From: Heterodontus francisci
Taxonomy: Eukaryota
Direction: 5' to 3'
Length of the DNA: 64,000 nucleotides
Assembly (NCBI RefSeq): GCF_036365525.1
Contig: NC_090404.1
Span: 6,696,001-6,760,000, forward strand
Shown here: positions 38,001 to 51,239 of the stretch, piece by piece
Layout of the letters: each line of letters starts with the position of its first letter
How positions within the stretch are numbered: position 1 is the stretch's first letter
Program-made: the position numbers and the translations under genes
The notes under the pieces: model-generated
The model's input: only the letters and a program-made list of their open reading frames with translations
Database searches by the model: none
What the model was told of the DNA's origin: nothing

Positions 38001-39204
38001 GGTGCAACAGCCGGACAGAGCTGCGTCTGAGACGTTGCTGAATATGGTGATTCAAATCACAATATTGAGCATGATTATAAGGCCAGTGCTCTATAGCATG
38101 AGGTTAATGCAGAATCCTGCTTCACACCCGGTTGCACTTCTGTGTTAGACTTCTTTGGTGTTGGGGAAAACTGCTGTCAGGAGATAAAGCCTCCAATAAC
38201 ATGCCAGTATGTCAGTATTCTGTAATCACTTCTCCACACACATTTCTGCTCCGATTTTATACCTTGACACTCTTTCCGAATGTTCCAAGGCCCTGCAAAA
38301 TGAATTATTAATATCGAGGTGCAATTGGTGACGTTTTTTAGGGGAATGGCGCCGAGTTGATCGATTCCCGATTGACCCCTCCCCCTGGTATAAGAGTCTC
38401 TCTCCCATAATCGAGCATTATTAATCTGGTTTGTGCATAGTTCCCATACCCCCTCAATTCCCCACTAACAGGAGTAACAAACTGTCTCTGTGCCAACTAA
38501 CAGAAACAGATAGACAGAGAGACATTTCCGAATTAATAGATATTTCCCTCTTATATGGTGGGTTGGAGGGAGGGGGTGCTGTTAATCGAGTGGCATATTA
38601 AAAAAAATGATATTTCTCAATATGTCTGTCCTTCATCGTGTTTCCCAAGCATTAGATGTTCCTCAATTCATTGTTTGTTCCAATCTATTGATACATCCAC
38701 AACCATCAACTTTCTGAAACAATCGATAACTTGCAACCGATTGATGACTCTCGATGTATCAATTATTCCAAAGCCTTTCACCACTCTCAATTGATTGATG
38801 TTTCTCAATCTATCAATTGTTTAACAATTCACATTCCACTGAAGTTTCTGATGTAGAAAATGACCGACTTTGAGCACACAGCCTTTGGATTATTGTGAAG
38901 TTGTGGGTTACCTATTAAATGGTTGAAAGATACAGTACAATTCCCCGAATGGCAGAAATATTCTGGTGCTGGATTTAAGGTCATACCCACAGTCAGTTCC
39001 TGCACTACCGGCCATACTGTACATTATGGGGGAAAATCTGACAGGCCCGGACTCTGTCTGATTGAACACTGTATCTAATATTGGAAGTTGAACTGTTGAA
39101 TTCCTGGAATTCCATTTACCTATTCCTCCCTGCCCTATATTTTAATTAGCAATAACCCTGGCTCGGTTGCTAGCACTCTCCCTGCTCTGTATTCCAAGAT
39201 CAAA

Positions 39205-39560
39205 CAAATTTATATGTCCCCTTTGGTTACGTTGTGGTTCACCTTGAATCTGTTTCCTCTGGATACTGACCCTTCTGTCACTGAAAATGTTTTCAGTTCA
39301 TTCATTCTATCAAAACGCTTCATGATTTTGAACGCCTCTATGAAATCACCTTTTAATCTTCTCTGTTCTCAGCAGAACAATCTCGGTTCCTTCACTCTCT
39401 CCACGTAATTGAAATCTTTCATCCCTGGTACCATTTTGGAAAATCTTTTCCAGACATTCTCCAACTTCCCGAAGTCCTTCGATGCCAGAACTGGGCACAA
39501 TACTCCCGCTGAGGCCTACTGGAGTTTTGTAAAAGTTTATCATAAGCATTATTTTTCAAC
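39205..39560 (-). mobile_element. Degraded CR1 fragment
   Basis: Degenerate RT C-terminal coding sequence with stops. Confidence 0.6.
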
Positions 39561-40360
39561 TCGAGTAATCTATGGCCTAGTGCAATTAGAACTGAGACAA
39601 GGGTTCATGTAATATAAACAGATACATGGCGCGGTTTAATTATTACTGAGTCAGAATCTGGTGCAGTATAAATTGACACATTGTGCAATGCAGTAATAAA
39701 TGGGACAGTATCTAGTGTAATAGAAAAAAAGCCGTAGTCGTGTGCAGTAATAATTGAGACGATGTCGAGTGTAATATAGACAGAGACATGACATACCGTA
39801 ATAGAAACAGCGAAATCGTCTAGTGTCTTTCACATCCCTTCCTTTCCCTTCACTAATCTCCTTGGACAGTTCACAAATTCCTTGTGTATGTCATCCTCTA
39901 ACATGCCTGTGGTCTCCACTTTAAATACTTCAATTAGTCTTACACCAACAGATAGCAATGAGATTACTGTTATCACAGGAATCTGTTCGGAAATAAAGTC
40001 ACTCTGATTGCAAGATTTCTGGAGTAATACACTGATTTAAATCCTCCGACCTAACACCAATCTATATCCCCATCTGGGTTCCAGATTTTCATTTGATTGT
40101 CTAATATTGAAAACATATATAATTTAATCCTTTTGAACCTGATTCAACACATCCTGTCCAGACTTTGAGATCATTGTTCCTTTATAGTCTGTTATTCTGC
40201 ATGTTGACAGGATTAACCTCTAAACTGTCCTACCTCTTCGGCCAGTGCATTTATTTTTAAATGCCCGACTCGAATCGAACACGACACATGTATTCTAGTT
40301 TGGTCAGGTAGCAAGGCTTTAGACCAGTGATCGAGTACAGGTGTCAGTTGTTGATGTCGA

Positions 40361-41430
40361 GTCATAGAGTAATACAGCACAGAATAAGGCCCTTCAGCCC
40401 TTCGTGTCTGTGCCGGCCATCAAGCACCTATCGATTCGAATCCAATTTCCAATCCAGTGCTCATCTAGATACTTCTTAAATGTTGAGAGGGTTCCTGCCT
40501 CTACCACCCCTTCAGGCAGTGTGTTCCAGATTCCAACCATCCTCTGGGTGAAAACCTTTTTCTTCAAATCCCCTCTAATCCTCCTGCCCCTAACCTTAAA
40601 TCTGTGCCCACTGGTTATTCACCCCTCCGCTAAGGGAAAAAGTTTCTTCCTATCTATCCGATCAATGCCCCTCATAATTTTATACATATCAATCAGGTCC
40701 CCCCTCAGCCTTCTCTGCTCGAAGGAAAATAACCCTAGCCTATCCAGTCTCTCTTCATAGCTGAAATGCTCCAGCCCAGGCAACATTCTGGTGAATGTCC
40801 TCTGCACCCTCTCCAATGCAATCACCTCCTTCCTATAGTGTGGTGCCCAGAACTGTACACAGTACTCCAGCTGTGGCCTAACTAGTGTTTTACACAGCTC
40901 CATCATAATCTCCCTGCTCTTATATCCTATGCTTCGACTAATAAAGGCAAATATCACATATGCCTTCCTAACCTGTGCTGCTGCCTTCACCGATCTATGG
41001 ACAAGTACACCAAGATTCCTCTGACCCTCTGTACTTCGAAGTGTCCTACCATCCATTGTATATTTCCTTTCTTAATTAGTCCTCCCAAAATGCATCATCT
41101 ACCACTTCTCAGGATTAAATTCCATTTGCTACTGCTCCGCCCATCTATATTGGCTTGTAATCTAACCCTTTCCACACTATTTATGACACCACCAATTTTC
41201 GTGTCATCTGCGAAGTTACTGATCATACCTCCTATATTCACATCTAAATCATTAACGTACACTACAAACAGCAACGGACCCATCACCAATCCCTGCGGTA
41301 CACCACTGGTCACAGGCTTCCAATCGTAAAAGCAACCTCGCCCGTCACCCTCTGCCTCCTGCCACTAAGCCAATCTTGGACCCAATTTGCCAAATTGCCC
41401 TGGATCCCATGGGCTCTTCCCTTCTTAACT
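40361..41430 (-). mobile_element. Degraded CR1 LINE 3' part
   Basis: ORF fragments [12 protein letters not shown]...[10 protein letters not shown] (41095-41313) and VRPQLEYCVQFWAPHY (40619-41056), plus a CR1 tail near 40361-40410. Confidence 0.9.
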
Positions 41431-41734
41431 AATCTCCCATGCGGGTCCCAGTGAACACGAGGTTTGATTTGATTCTCACTCTGCACATAGGAGCTGGAGA
41501 ACTGAACCCAGCCAGAGTAGAGGGAGGGAGAAAACTGGCAGTGGAGGAAAGAAATGTTGCAGATGGTGCGATGGGTTTGGATTTCAGCACAGGGAGGAGG
41601 GAAAGTGTGTGGGACAGGAATTTACAGCTTTTGGGGAACAAGAGAGGAAAAAATGTTCCATAGAAGCTGGAACTGTTTGTTCTGAATTTCTATCCTGTAC
41701 TGACAGTGATGACATTTGTAAACTCCTTTTACAG

Positions 41735-43172
41735 GGTATTAGAAGGGGAGCATTTGCAGACAGGAAATTCAAACCAAGCTTCACTACAAGATCTGACAGT
41801 CACTCAATTCATCACGGTCTGAATTTCATCGGCCTTTGAATGTGGAAGGAGAAATGTTTGTTTGTTCTGTCTGTGGGAAAAGATTTCAAACATCAGTGTG
41901 ACTGGAAAAGCACCGAGGCACACACACCCGAGTGAGAGTGTTCCAGTGCACTGACTGTGGAAAGAACTTTAACCAGTTACACAGACTGAAAAACCACTCC
42001 ACCATTCACATCGGGGAGAAACTGCATGCGTGTGTGGAAGAGGCTTCAACTTGTCATCCAACCTGGAGCGGTATAAGGACACCCACACCATGGGGAAACC
42101 GTGGAAATACAGGGACTGTGGGAAGGGATTCAACTACCCAGCCCAGATGGAAATTCATCAATGCAGTCACACGGGGGTGAGACCGTTCACCTGCTCTGTA
42201 TGTAGGAAGGGATTCACCCATTCATATGACCTTCTGACACAGCAGAAGATTCACAGTGGGGAAAGGCCATTCACCTGCTCTGTGTGTGGGAGAGGATTTA
42301 CTCGGTCATCCCACATTGTGACACAACAACTTGTTCACACTGATAAGAGTTTACATGTTTTGACTGTGAGAAGAGCTTTAAATGCAAAAAGGATACACCG
42401 ACGTATTCACACTACTGAGAGACCCTTTAGCTTCTCGATGTGTGGTAAGGGATTCACTCAATCATCCCACCTTCGGACACATCAACGTGTTCACTCTAAC
42501 ACCAAACTTTTTAATTGTTCTGACAGTGAGAAGAGCTTAAAAAGCAAAAGGGATCTGCTGACACACCAATATTCGCACACTGGGGTAAGACCTTTCACTT
42601 GCTCTGTGTGTGTGAAGAGATTCGCCCGTTCATCCAACCTACTGAATGACCAGCGAGTTCAAACTGGGGAGAGGCCATTCACCTGCTCTGACTGTGGGAA
42701 GGGATTCATGAATTCATCCAGCCTCCTGATACATCAGCAACTTCACACGGGGCATAGACCATTCATGTGCTCTGTGTGTGGGAAGGGATTCACCTGTTCA
42801 TCCTATCTTCTGACACACCAGCAGATTCACACTCAGGAGAAGCCATTCACCTGTTCTATCTGTGGGAAGGGATTCACCCTTTCATCCAACCTGCTGAATC
42901 ACCAGCGAGTTGACACAGGGGAGAGGCCGTTCGCCTGCTCCGTCTGTGCTAAGGGATTCACTCAGTTATCCAACCTGCTGGCACACCAGCGAGTTCACAC
43001 TGGGGAGAGGCCGCTCACCTGCTCCATGTGTGGGAAGGGATTCACTCATTTATCCAACCTACTGAATCACCAGCGAATTCACACTGGGGAGAGGCCATTC
43101 ACCTGCTTTGTGTGTGGGAAGGGGTTCACTCGGTCATCCCACCTGCGAACACACCAGCGAGTTCACACGTGA
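41735..43172 (+). pseudogene. Tandem C2H2 (Kruppel-type) zinc-finger exon, partly degenerate (about 16 finger units)
   Basis: Acceptor CTCCTTTTACAG ends at about 41734. Repeated CxxCGKGF...HQRVH-TGERP units follow, with an in-frame TGA in the first finger and a frameshift near 42030. Only 5 of 14 units in the 380-aa ORF keep all four zinc ligands. Confidence 0.85.
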
Positions 43173-45019
43173 CTGTAAGGGTTGGATTCTGCTGTTATTG
43201 CTGCTGTTAATCACATCCAGAACTGAATCATGTTCATTTTGACAGTTGTGATTTTTTGCTGAGGTTTAATATTCTGGATAAATGGGAAATAAATCAGCTT
43301 TGTTTTAAAAGCAACGTTGTAAGTTTTTGTCTTTCCCACCTGAGTGTTTGACATCACCTGGCTGGATCTCAGAAAGGATAATCTGGGGGAAGATCGTACG
43401 GCAGGAACAGAACTTCAGCCTGGACACAGTCCTTCAGGATCACACTGAGAGGGACAAACGGCACGTTGGTCTTTCTCGTCTCTCGATTGACAGCAAAGCC
43501 CCCGTGTGGGTTAATGCTGAGGCGTGTAAGAAATGTGTCCCAGCCGCTCTCTTCCATGGTTCTGAGATCCTGGGCACGGAACAGAAGGCTCCTTTACAAC
43601 TGTGTTTAGAATCAAAAAGAACAATGGTGAATGCTGGAAATGTGCTGCCAAATCAGAGATTGGAGTAAAACTGTGATCTGTTCCTGACTAAAAGTGAAAC
43701 GGCAGGTTTAAGTTTAGAGACTGAAAATGATTCGTAATGATTCTGTAACATTTTAACATGTTATTGTGATAGACCTGAGATGATCATTTTTAGGCAGGCG
43801 TTAATTCATTTAATAAAATCCTGCTTCGAATAAATTGGCTGAAGTCTGCATGAAAAGAGCAGATGGAGGATTTCACAGGAACCTGTTAACTGCTGGTGCA
43901 ATTATACAACAGTTAGATCTCGAGAAAGAAGGGAAGCAGGTTTGGGGACCGCAGAGGATTGAACCTCCGGGAGGCGGTACCACAGAGTTTTAAACAGGGA
44001 GCGCCGTCTCAGGACCATAATTAGAGGGCAGAACAGCTCACAGTGCTTGTATCCTCGGAACGGGGGAGTGGGGCAATTGAAACCCAACTTACTGCAAATG
44101 GTTTGAAATAAAGCTGATTTATTAGAGAGTTTGGATTTTTATTCTCCGGGAGTTGGACATCAGACTGCCTCCTGTCAATACAGAGCTGCATTGTGCGGCC
44201 GGCAGCATCTTTGAAAGAGCTGCCAATTAGTCCCACTCCCCTGCCCTTTCCCCAGAGCCCTGCATACTCTTCCTTTTAAATATTTATTCAATTCCTTTTG
44301 GAAAGTCATTGAATCTGCTTCCACCGCCCTTTCAGCCAGTTCATTCCAGATCACAGTAATTCACTGAGTATTTTGCCAGTTATTTGTGGTGTTCGTCTGT
44401 TGTTGAATATATTTGCTCAGAAGATTTAAGTTTACATTTAAATCGAGTATGCAGACGTGATGCTCTATTCACACATCGAAGGTGCGAGAGATGCTGTGAG
44501 ACATTGGCTAGGTCCAATAGCTGAAAGTGATTTACGGAGTGAGTTTTGTGTTTAGTGATCCTGGGCGTGTTACTGATAACCTTCCCTGGATCACAAGGTT
44601 GGAGAGGCACTCTGGAAGGGAAGGGGAGCTGGGACTTGTACATGAGAGTAACTGAAGCTATGAGAACCGAATGATGTACAGTTAGAAAGGAGCAAAAGGA
44701 CCAAAAACGGAACTGTGGCTAACAGGACATCAATCAGTCTCCTCCTGTCCTGGAGAAATCAAGGACTGAACAAGTGTGTGTTTGACACAAATCTGATTTG
44801 TTTGATAAATGTAAAAATGAAACTCCAGCCCAGTTGTAGGGGTTATTGACATCAGCAGAAACAAACTCCACTTTAAAATTGAACATGGTTTAGTCCTGGA
44901 CGTGTTTAACAGCAGAATCCAATCACTGAAACAACAACAACTTGAAGTTAGATAGCGCCATTAGCATAATAAAAAGTCCTGAGGTGCTTTACAAGAGCAT
45001 TATAAAATAAAATATGATA

Positions 45020-45460
45020 CCAAACAGTCTAGTGTAATATAAACAGGGACAGGGTCTATTGTAAGATAAACAGATACAGGGTCTAGTGCAATGTAAACAG
45101 AGGCAGGGTCCAGTGTAATATAAAAAGACAGGGTCTATTGTAATATAAACAGATACAGGATCGAGTGCAATGTAAACAGAGGCAGGTCCAGTGTAATATA
45201 AAGAGACAGGGTCTATTGTAATATAAACAGATACAGGGTCGAGTGCAATGTAAACAGAGGTAGGTCCAGTGTAATATAAAGAGACAGGGTCTATTGTAAT
45301 ATAAACAGATACAGGGTCGAGTGCAATGTAAACAGAGGCAGGTCCAGTGTAATATAAAGAGACAGGGTCTATTGTAATATAAACAGATACAGGGTCGAGT
45401 GCAATGTAAACAGAGGTAGGGTCCAGGGCAATATAAAGAGAGACCAGGTTTATTACAGTG
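45020..45460 (+). repeat. Minisatellite of ~26-bp monomers with a 78-bp higher-order period
   Basis: GAGTGCAATGTAAACAGAGG recurs at 45163, 45241, 45319 and 45397. Monomer consensus is about AGTGTAATATAAACAGAGACAGGGTC. Confidence 0.9.
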
Positions 45461-45679
45461 TAATTGAGAGTGAGCCGAATGTAAAATTAGCAGAGACATC
45501 GATGTCTAGCATAGTAATAACAAAGATAAGGCCGAATATAATATAATTGGAGGCATTTTCTGAAGTAATAACTGAGGCAGAGCCTTGTGCAATTGAAACA
45601 GAGAGAGGTTCTACATTCTGAACAACAAGCACAGGTCCTACTGTAATATAAACAGAGTTATGTCTACAACAACAACAAT

Positions 45680-46430
45680 AACAGACAATGACCATATCAA
45701 ACAAGGGAGAATCTAACCTTCTACCCTTGAAGTTCAATGACATTATCATTGCTGAATCCCCTGCTATCAACATCTTGGGGGTCACCATTGACCAGAAAAT
45801 AAAGTGGACCAGCCAGTTCAATGCTGTGGCTACAGGCGCACGTCAGAGGCTGGGAAATATGCAGCGATTAACTCACCTCCTGTCTCCCCATTGTCTGTCC
45901 ACCACCTACAAGAGACAAGTCAGTAGTATGATGGAATACTCTCCACTTGCCTGGATAGGTACAGCTCCAACAACACTCAAGAAGCTCGACACCATTCAGG
46001 ACAAAGCAGCCCGCTCGATTGGCACCCCAACCATCTCCTTCAACATTCACTCACCACTGATGCACAGTGGCAGAAGTGCGTACTATGTGCAAGATGCAAT
46101 GCAGCAACTCACCAAGGTTCCTTTGACAGCACCTTCCAAACCCACGACCTCTAACACCTAGATGGACAAGTGCAGCAGATGCATGGGAACATCACCACCT
46201 GCAAGTTTCCCTCCAAGTCACACACCATCCTGACTTGCAACGCTATCATTGCCACTGGGTAAAAATCCTGAAACCCCCTTCCTAACAGCACAATGGGTTT
46301 ACCTACACCTTCAGATTTTGCAGCTGTTTAAGAAGGCAGCTCACCATCACCTTCTCAAGGACAATTAGATATGAGAAATAAATGCTGGCCTAGCCAGCGA
46401 CACCCACATCCCATGAATGGATAAAAAAAC
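45680..46430 (+). mobile_element. Non-LTR retrotransposon 3' fragment (L2/CR1-group, distinct family)
   Basis: ORF 45688-46161 reads ILGVTIDQKIKW...YKRQVSSMMEYSPLAW...LDTIQDKAARSI (RT C-terminus). The 3' tail has AATAAATGCTGGCC and an A-rich end. Confidence 0.85.
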
Positions 46431-46679
46431 TGTATTTCTAAAGAGTCTTAAAAACAATGAAATGTCCAATCAGCAGGTCACAACAGTGATCGTATTGAAA
46501 CATCAACGATGCAGAGGTTGATGTTGCTGAGCATATAGTCACCGTCTGCAGTGTCAGAGCAAGGAAGATTATCGGTATCAATATTAATAATACTCAGATT
46601 ACTACACACCTCAATGTTAAGAGATCAGGTATCTTCATAAATAATATGAATGTGAAATAATAGCTGAACTTATTTCAAT

Positions 46680-47190
46680 CCACACTCCAGCGAGGATTTT
46701 AAGGCCTTGGAGAGGGTGCAGAGGGGGTTTGTTAGAATTGGAACAGGGATGAGGGACTTCAGTTCTGCAGAGAGGTTACAGAAGCTGGCATAGTTTCCTT
46801 TAGAGTGGAGTGGCCTCAAGGGAGATTTAATTGAGCTCATGGATTATGAATGATTTTGATAGTGTTGATTGTGAGATACTGTTTCCACTGGCAGGAATGT
46901 CAGTAACCAGAGGACACAGATTTGAGATAATTGGTAAAGGAATAAGGGGCAAGAAGAGGAGATTTTTTTAATACTGCGAGTTGTTATGAGCTGGAATGAA
47001 TTATCTGAAAGGTTTGTATGAACACATTCGATTAGCAATTTTCAAAAGGGAATTGAATAATTACTGGAAAAGGAAATATTGTCAGGAATTTGGAGAAAGA
47101 CCAGGAGAGTGGAACTGATTGGATATCTCTTTCAAACAGCTGCCACGATGGGCTGAATGGCCTCCTTCTATGCTGTCAGATTCCATGATT
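46680..47190 (+). mobile_element. Degraded CR1 3' fragment
   Basis: GCCTTGGAGAGGGTGCAGAG (ALERVQR), AGAGGACACAGATTT and the tail GGGCTGAATGGCCTCCTTCT. Confidence 0.75.
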
Positions 47191-47879
47191 CAACGAATTT
47201 CAGTTGCATCAATCAACAGTTTTGTAATTGTAATCCTGAAGTTGCTATTTGTGATATTAGTATACGGAAGTTTAACAACAACTGTATTAACCAATATAAA
47301 TATAAAATGTCACTTGAACACATTAAACATTGCAGTAGCAGCTTGGCTAAAGTGGCTTGACTCTGAGTCGGAATCAGTAAATTATGGATTCCCCGTCAGC
47401 TTCAGAAACTGAGTCTATTAACCAGGCTTCCGATGGGTGCAGTGCTGAAAGGGCACTATCTTCCCAAGGACATTCCGAAATAACAATCTCTCCTCCATCC
47501 CTTTTCTGTTGAGGTGGATTTAAAAACTCCCATAGTTCCACACTGTGTCCTGGTCAACTTGAACCAAGAGCAACAAAAATACATTAACAGGAATTGAACC
47601 GCTTTACGCTGTTCCTGATGTATCTATGCACAAATCGGCCACATTCATCTGGAATTAGTTACACTTTAAACCCTTTGGAACCTTCCACAGAAGGTGATGA
47701 GCTGGTGCATCATTGCAAGTTGTTTCTTGATACATTGCTATATGAAACAGTAACTGACATCGACATTTTCACAATGGGAGAAATGACAATGTCTGGCCAG
47801 CGGATGGCAGCGGAAGCCTAATTCTTGACACGAAACAGGCGCTGCCTCACTGCTCTGGAGCTTCTCTGCATATGTTGCA

Positions 47880-48265
47880 CGGAGACCCGATCTCTGCTTC
47901 TATTACACTGGCCCCGTCTCTATTTTTAATTAAACTAGACCCTGTCTCTCCTTATATTACAATAGACCCTGTCACTGTTTGCATTAAAATATACCCCATT
48001 TCTGTTGATATTACACTGGCCCCGTCTCTGTGTTATTAAACTAGACCCTTGATAGTACAATAGACCCTGTCTCTGTTTATATTGCACTGGCCCCATCCTT
48101 GTTTTTATTAAACTAGACCCTGTCTCTTTTTATATTACAATAGACCCTGTCTCTGTTTATTCGACTGTCCACCCTGTATTTCTTTATATTACACTGGACC
48201 CTGTCTCTGTTTACATTTCACTGGACCCTGTCTCCTTTTATATTAAACTAGACCCATCTCTATTA
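47880..48265 (-). repeat. ~26-bp minisatellite family (also 39580-39830, 50110-50950, 53750-54800, 55660-56650, 58660-59530)
   Basis: Repeated GACCCTGTCTCTGTTTATATTACACT-like units with varying decay. Confidence 0.8.
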
Positions 48266-48267
48266 TG

Positions 48268-48616
48268 TTTAGTTTAGTGATACAGCACTGAAACAGGCCC
48301 TTCGGCCCACCGAGTCTGTGCCAACCATCAACCACCCATTTATACTAATCCTACACTAATCCCATATTCCTACCACATCCCCACCTGTCCCTATATTCCC
48401 CTACCATCTACCTATACTAGGGGCAATTTATAATGACCAATTAACCTATCAACCTGCAAGTCTTTTGGCATGTGGGAGGAAACCGGAGCACCCGGAGGAA
48501 ACCCACGCAGACACAGGGAGAACTTGCAAACTCCACACAGGCAGTACCCAGAATTGAACCCGGGTCGCTGGAGCTGTGAGGCTGCGGTGCTAACCACTGC
48601 GCCACTGTGCCGCCCC
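48268..48616 (-). mobile_element. HE1-type SINE, independent insertion
   Basis: Full-length and close to 8715-9066 but with substitutions; inserted in minisatellite sequence. Confidence 0.9.
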
Positions 48617-48647
48617 TGTTTATTATGTTAAAGTAGACGCCATCTCA

Positions 48648-50100
48648 TAGGAACATAGACAATAGGAGCAGGAGTAGTGCATTCAGCTCATCGAGCCTGC
48701 TCCGCCATTCAACTAGATCACGGCTGATCTTCTACTTCAACACCATGTTCCCCGCACTATCACCATATCCCTTGATATCTTTAATATCGAGTAATCTATC
48801 GATCTCTGTCTTGAACATTCTCAATGGCTGAGCCTCCACAGCCCTCTGGGGTAGAGAATTCCAAAGGCTCACCACCCTCTGAGTAAGAAATTCTTTCTAA
48901 TCTCAGTCCTAAATGGCCTACCTCTTATTCTGAAACTGTGTCCCCTGGTTCCTGACCCCTCAGCAGGGGAAACATCCTTCCTGCATCTACCCTGTCGAGA
49001 CTATATCTGTTTCAATGAGGTCACCGCTTATTCGTTTAAACTCTAGAGAATATAAGCCCAGTCCCCTCAATCTCTCCTCATTGGACAATCCCACCATCCA
49101 CTGGATCAGTCTGGTGAACCTTCTTTGCACTCCCTCTTTGGCAAATGTATCCTTCCTTACGTAAGGAGACCAAAACTGTACAGAATACCTCAGGTATGCT
49201 CTCACCAAGGTTCTATACAATTGCACAAGACTTCTTTACTCCTGTACTCAAATCCTCTTGCAATAAAGGCTAACATAACATTTGTCTTCCCAATTGCTTG
49301 CTACACTGCATGTTACCTTTCAGTGACTTATGAACAAGGACACCCAGGTCCATTTGGACATCAGCACTTCCCAATCTCTCACCACTTAAGAAATACTCTG
49401 CATTTCTATTGTTCCTACCTCGCTCACTTCAGATTGACATGACCATGCTTTTTTTCATATTCCACATGGCCACCCCCAGTCCTAGTTTTTCCACATTATA
49501 TTCCATCTGCCACCTCTTTCCCACTCACCTGCCCTGTCTAAATCCCCTTGAAGCCTCTTTTCATCCCCCTCACAATTTACATTTCCACCTAGTTTTGTGC
49601 CATCAGCAAACTTGCAAATATTATATTTGGTCCCCACATCCAAAACATTGATATAGATTGTGAGTAGCTCTGGCCCAAGAATTGTTCCTTGTGGTACCCC
49701 ATTAGTAACAGCCTGCCAATCTGAGAATGACCTGTTGATTCCTACTCTCTGGTTTTTGTCTGGAAACCAAATTTCAATCCATGCCAGTATATTACCCCCA
49801 ATCGCATGTGCTCTTTTTTACACTAACCTCCTGTGTGGAAACTTACCTAAAGCCTTATGAAAATCCAAATACACCACATCCACTGGTTTCCCTTATCCAT
49901 TCTGCTAGTTACATCCTCAAAAAGCACGAACAGGTTTGTCAAACCTGATCTCCCTTTCATAAATCCATGCTGACTCTGCCCAGTCCTACCATTATTTTAC
50001 AAGTGTCCAGTTATCACATCCTGTGTAATAGATTGTCGCATTTTCCCTACTACCACTGATGTCAGGTTAACAGGTCTGTAGTTCCCCATTTTCTCTCTCC
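48648..50100 (-). mobile_element. Degraded CR1 LINE (RT region to 3' tail)
   Basis: Fragments QLYRTLVRAYLRYSVQFWSP, TNGVPQGTILGP and KFADG on the minus strand; many stops. Confidence 0.85.
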
Positions 50101-51239
50101 CACCACTCTGAAAAATTACACTAGAGCCTGTCTCTGTTCATATTAAACTTGACTCTGTCTCTGGTGATATATATAAATAAATTCCATCTCTGTTTATATT
50201 ATACTAGAGCCTGTCTTCTGTTTATATTACACTAGATCCCGTCTCTATTTATATTTAACTGGACCCCGTTTCTGTTTATATTACACTGTACTCTTTCTCT
50301 ATTTATGTCACAATACAACCTGATTCAGTTTCTTTTAATCTCGACCCAGTATCGGTAATCAATGCACTAGGCCCTGTCTAACTTCATACTAATCCAATGA
50401 CTGAATCAGTAATTTCTGCACTAGGCCCTGTCTCCGTTTATAATAATCAAGGCCCTGTATCATAAGGCCTGGCTCAGTTTATATGAATCTGGACCCAGTA
50501 TCAGTAATGAGTGCACTGGACCCTGTCTCAGTTTATTGTATTCCAGGTCTTGTTGCTCTATTAGCTTCACTTGGCCCTGTCTCAGTTATTGCTGCACTGG
50601 CCGGTCTTTCTGTTTATCATAAAACCGATCATTTCTGTTCAAATTGCTCCAGCCTATGTCTCTGCTTATATTACATTCGGCCCTGGCTCTCTTCAGATTG
50701 ATATGGCTATGCTTCCTTTCATATTCCACTAGGGCATCCCCAGTCCTGGTGTATATCACACGAGAACATATCTAGATTATTACTGCACTAGACCACATCT
50801 CTATTTATTTTACACTCGGCATTGTCTCAGTCATTACTGCACAAGGCCCAGTCTCAAGTTATACTACACACATCCCTGTCTCAGTCAAGAGTGGACTCTA
50901 TCCTATCTCTTCTTATATTACGCTAGGTCCTACAGTATTCATGGCTGCACTATAAAACATCTCTTCGATAGATAGACAGCCAGCCAAACAGACAGGCAGA
51001 CTGACATATTGACAGAAAGGAGGAAACTATAGGCCAGTTAGCCTGTCATTTGTCATTGGGAAAATGCTAGAATCAATTATGAATGAAGTAGTAGCAGGAA
51101 ATTCAGAAAATTATTTAGCAGATAGTGAGGATGTTGCCAATTAAATGCAACAGGGCATAGATAGGCTGCCAGAATGGGAATTCCAGAATTAGAAAGCCAT
51201 CTCACACAGACCATTCCGTTAGCAAGGCCAGAACGTCTG

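Noticed and set aside
45083-45499. 138-aa Cys-rich repetitive ORF
   Set aside because: It is simply the translation of the 78-bp minisatellite.
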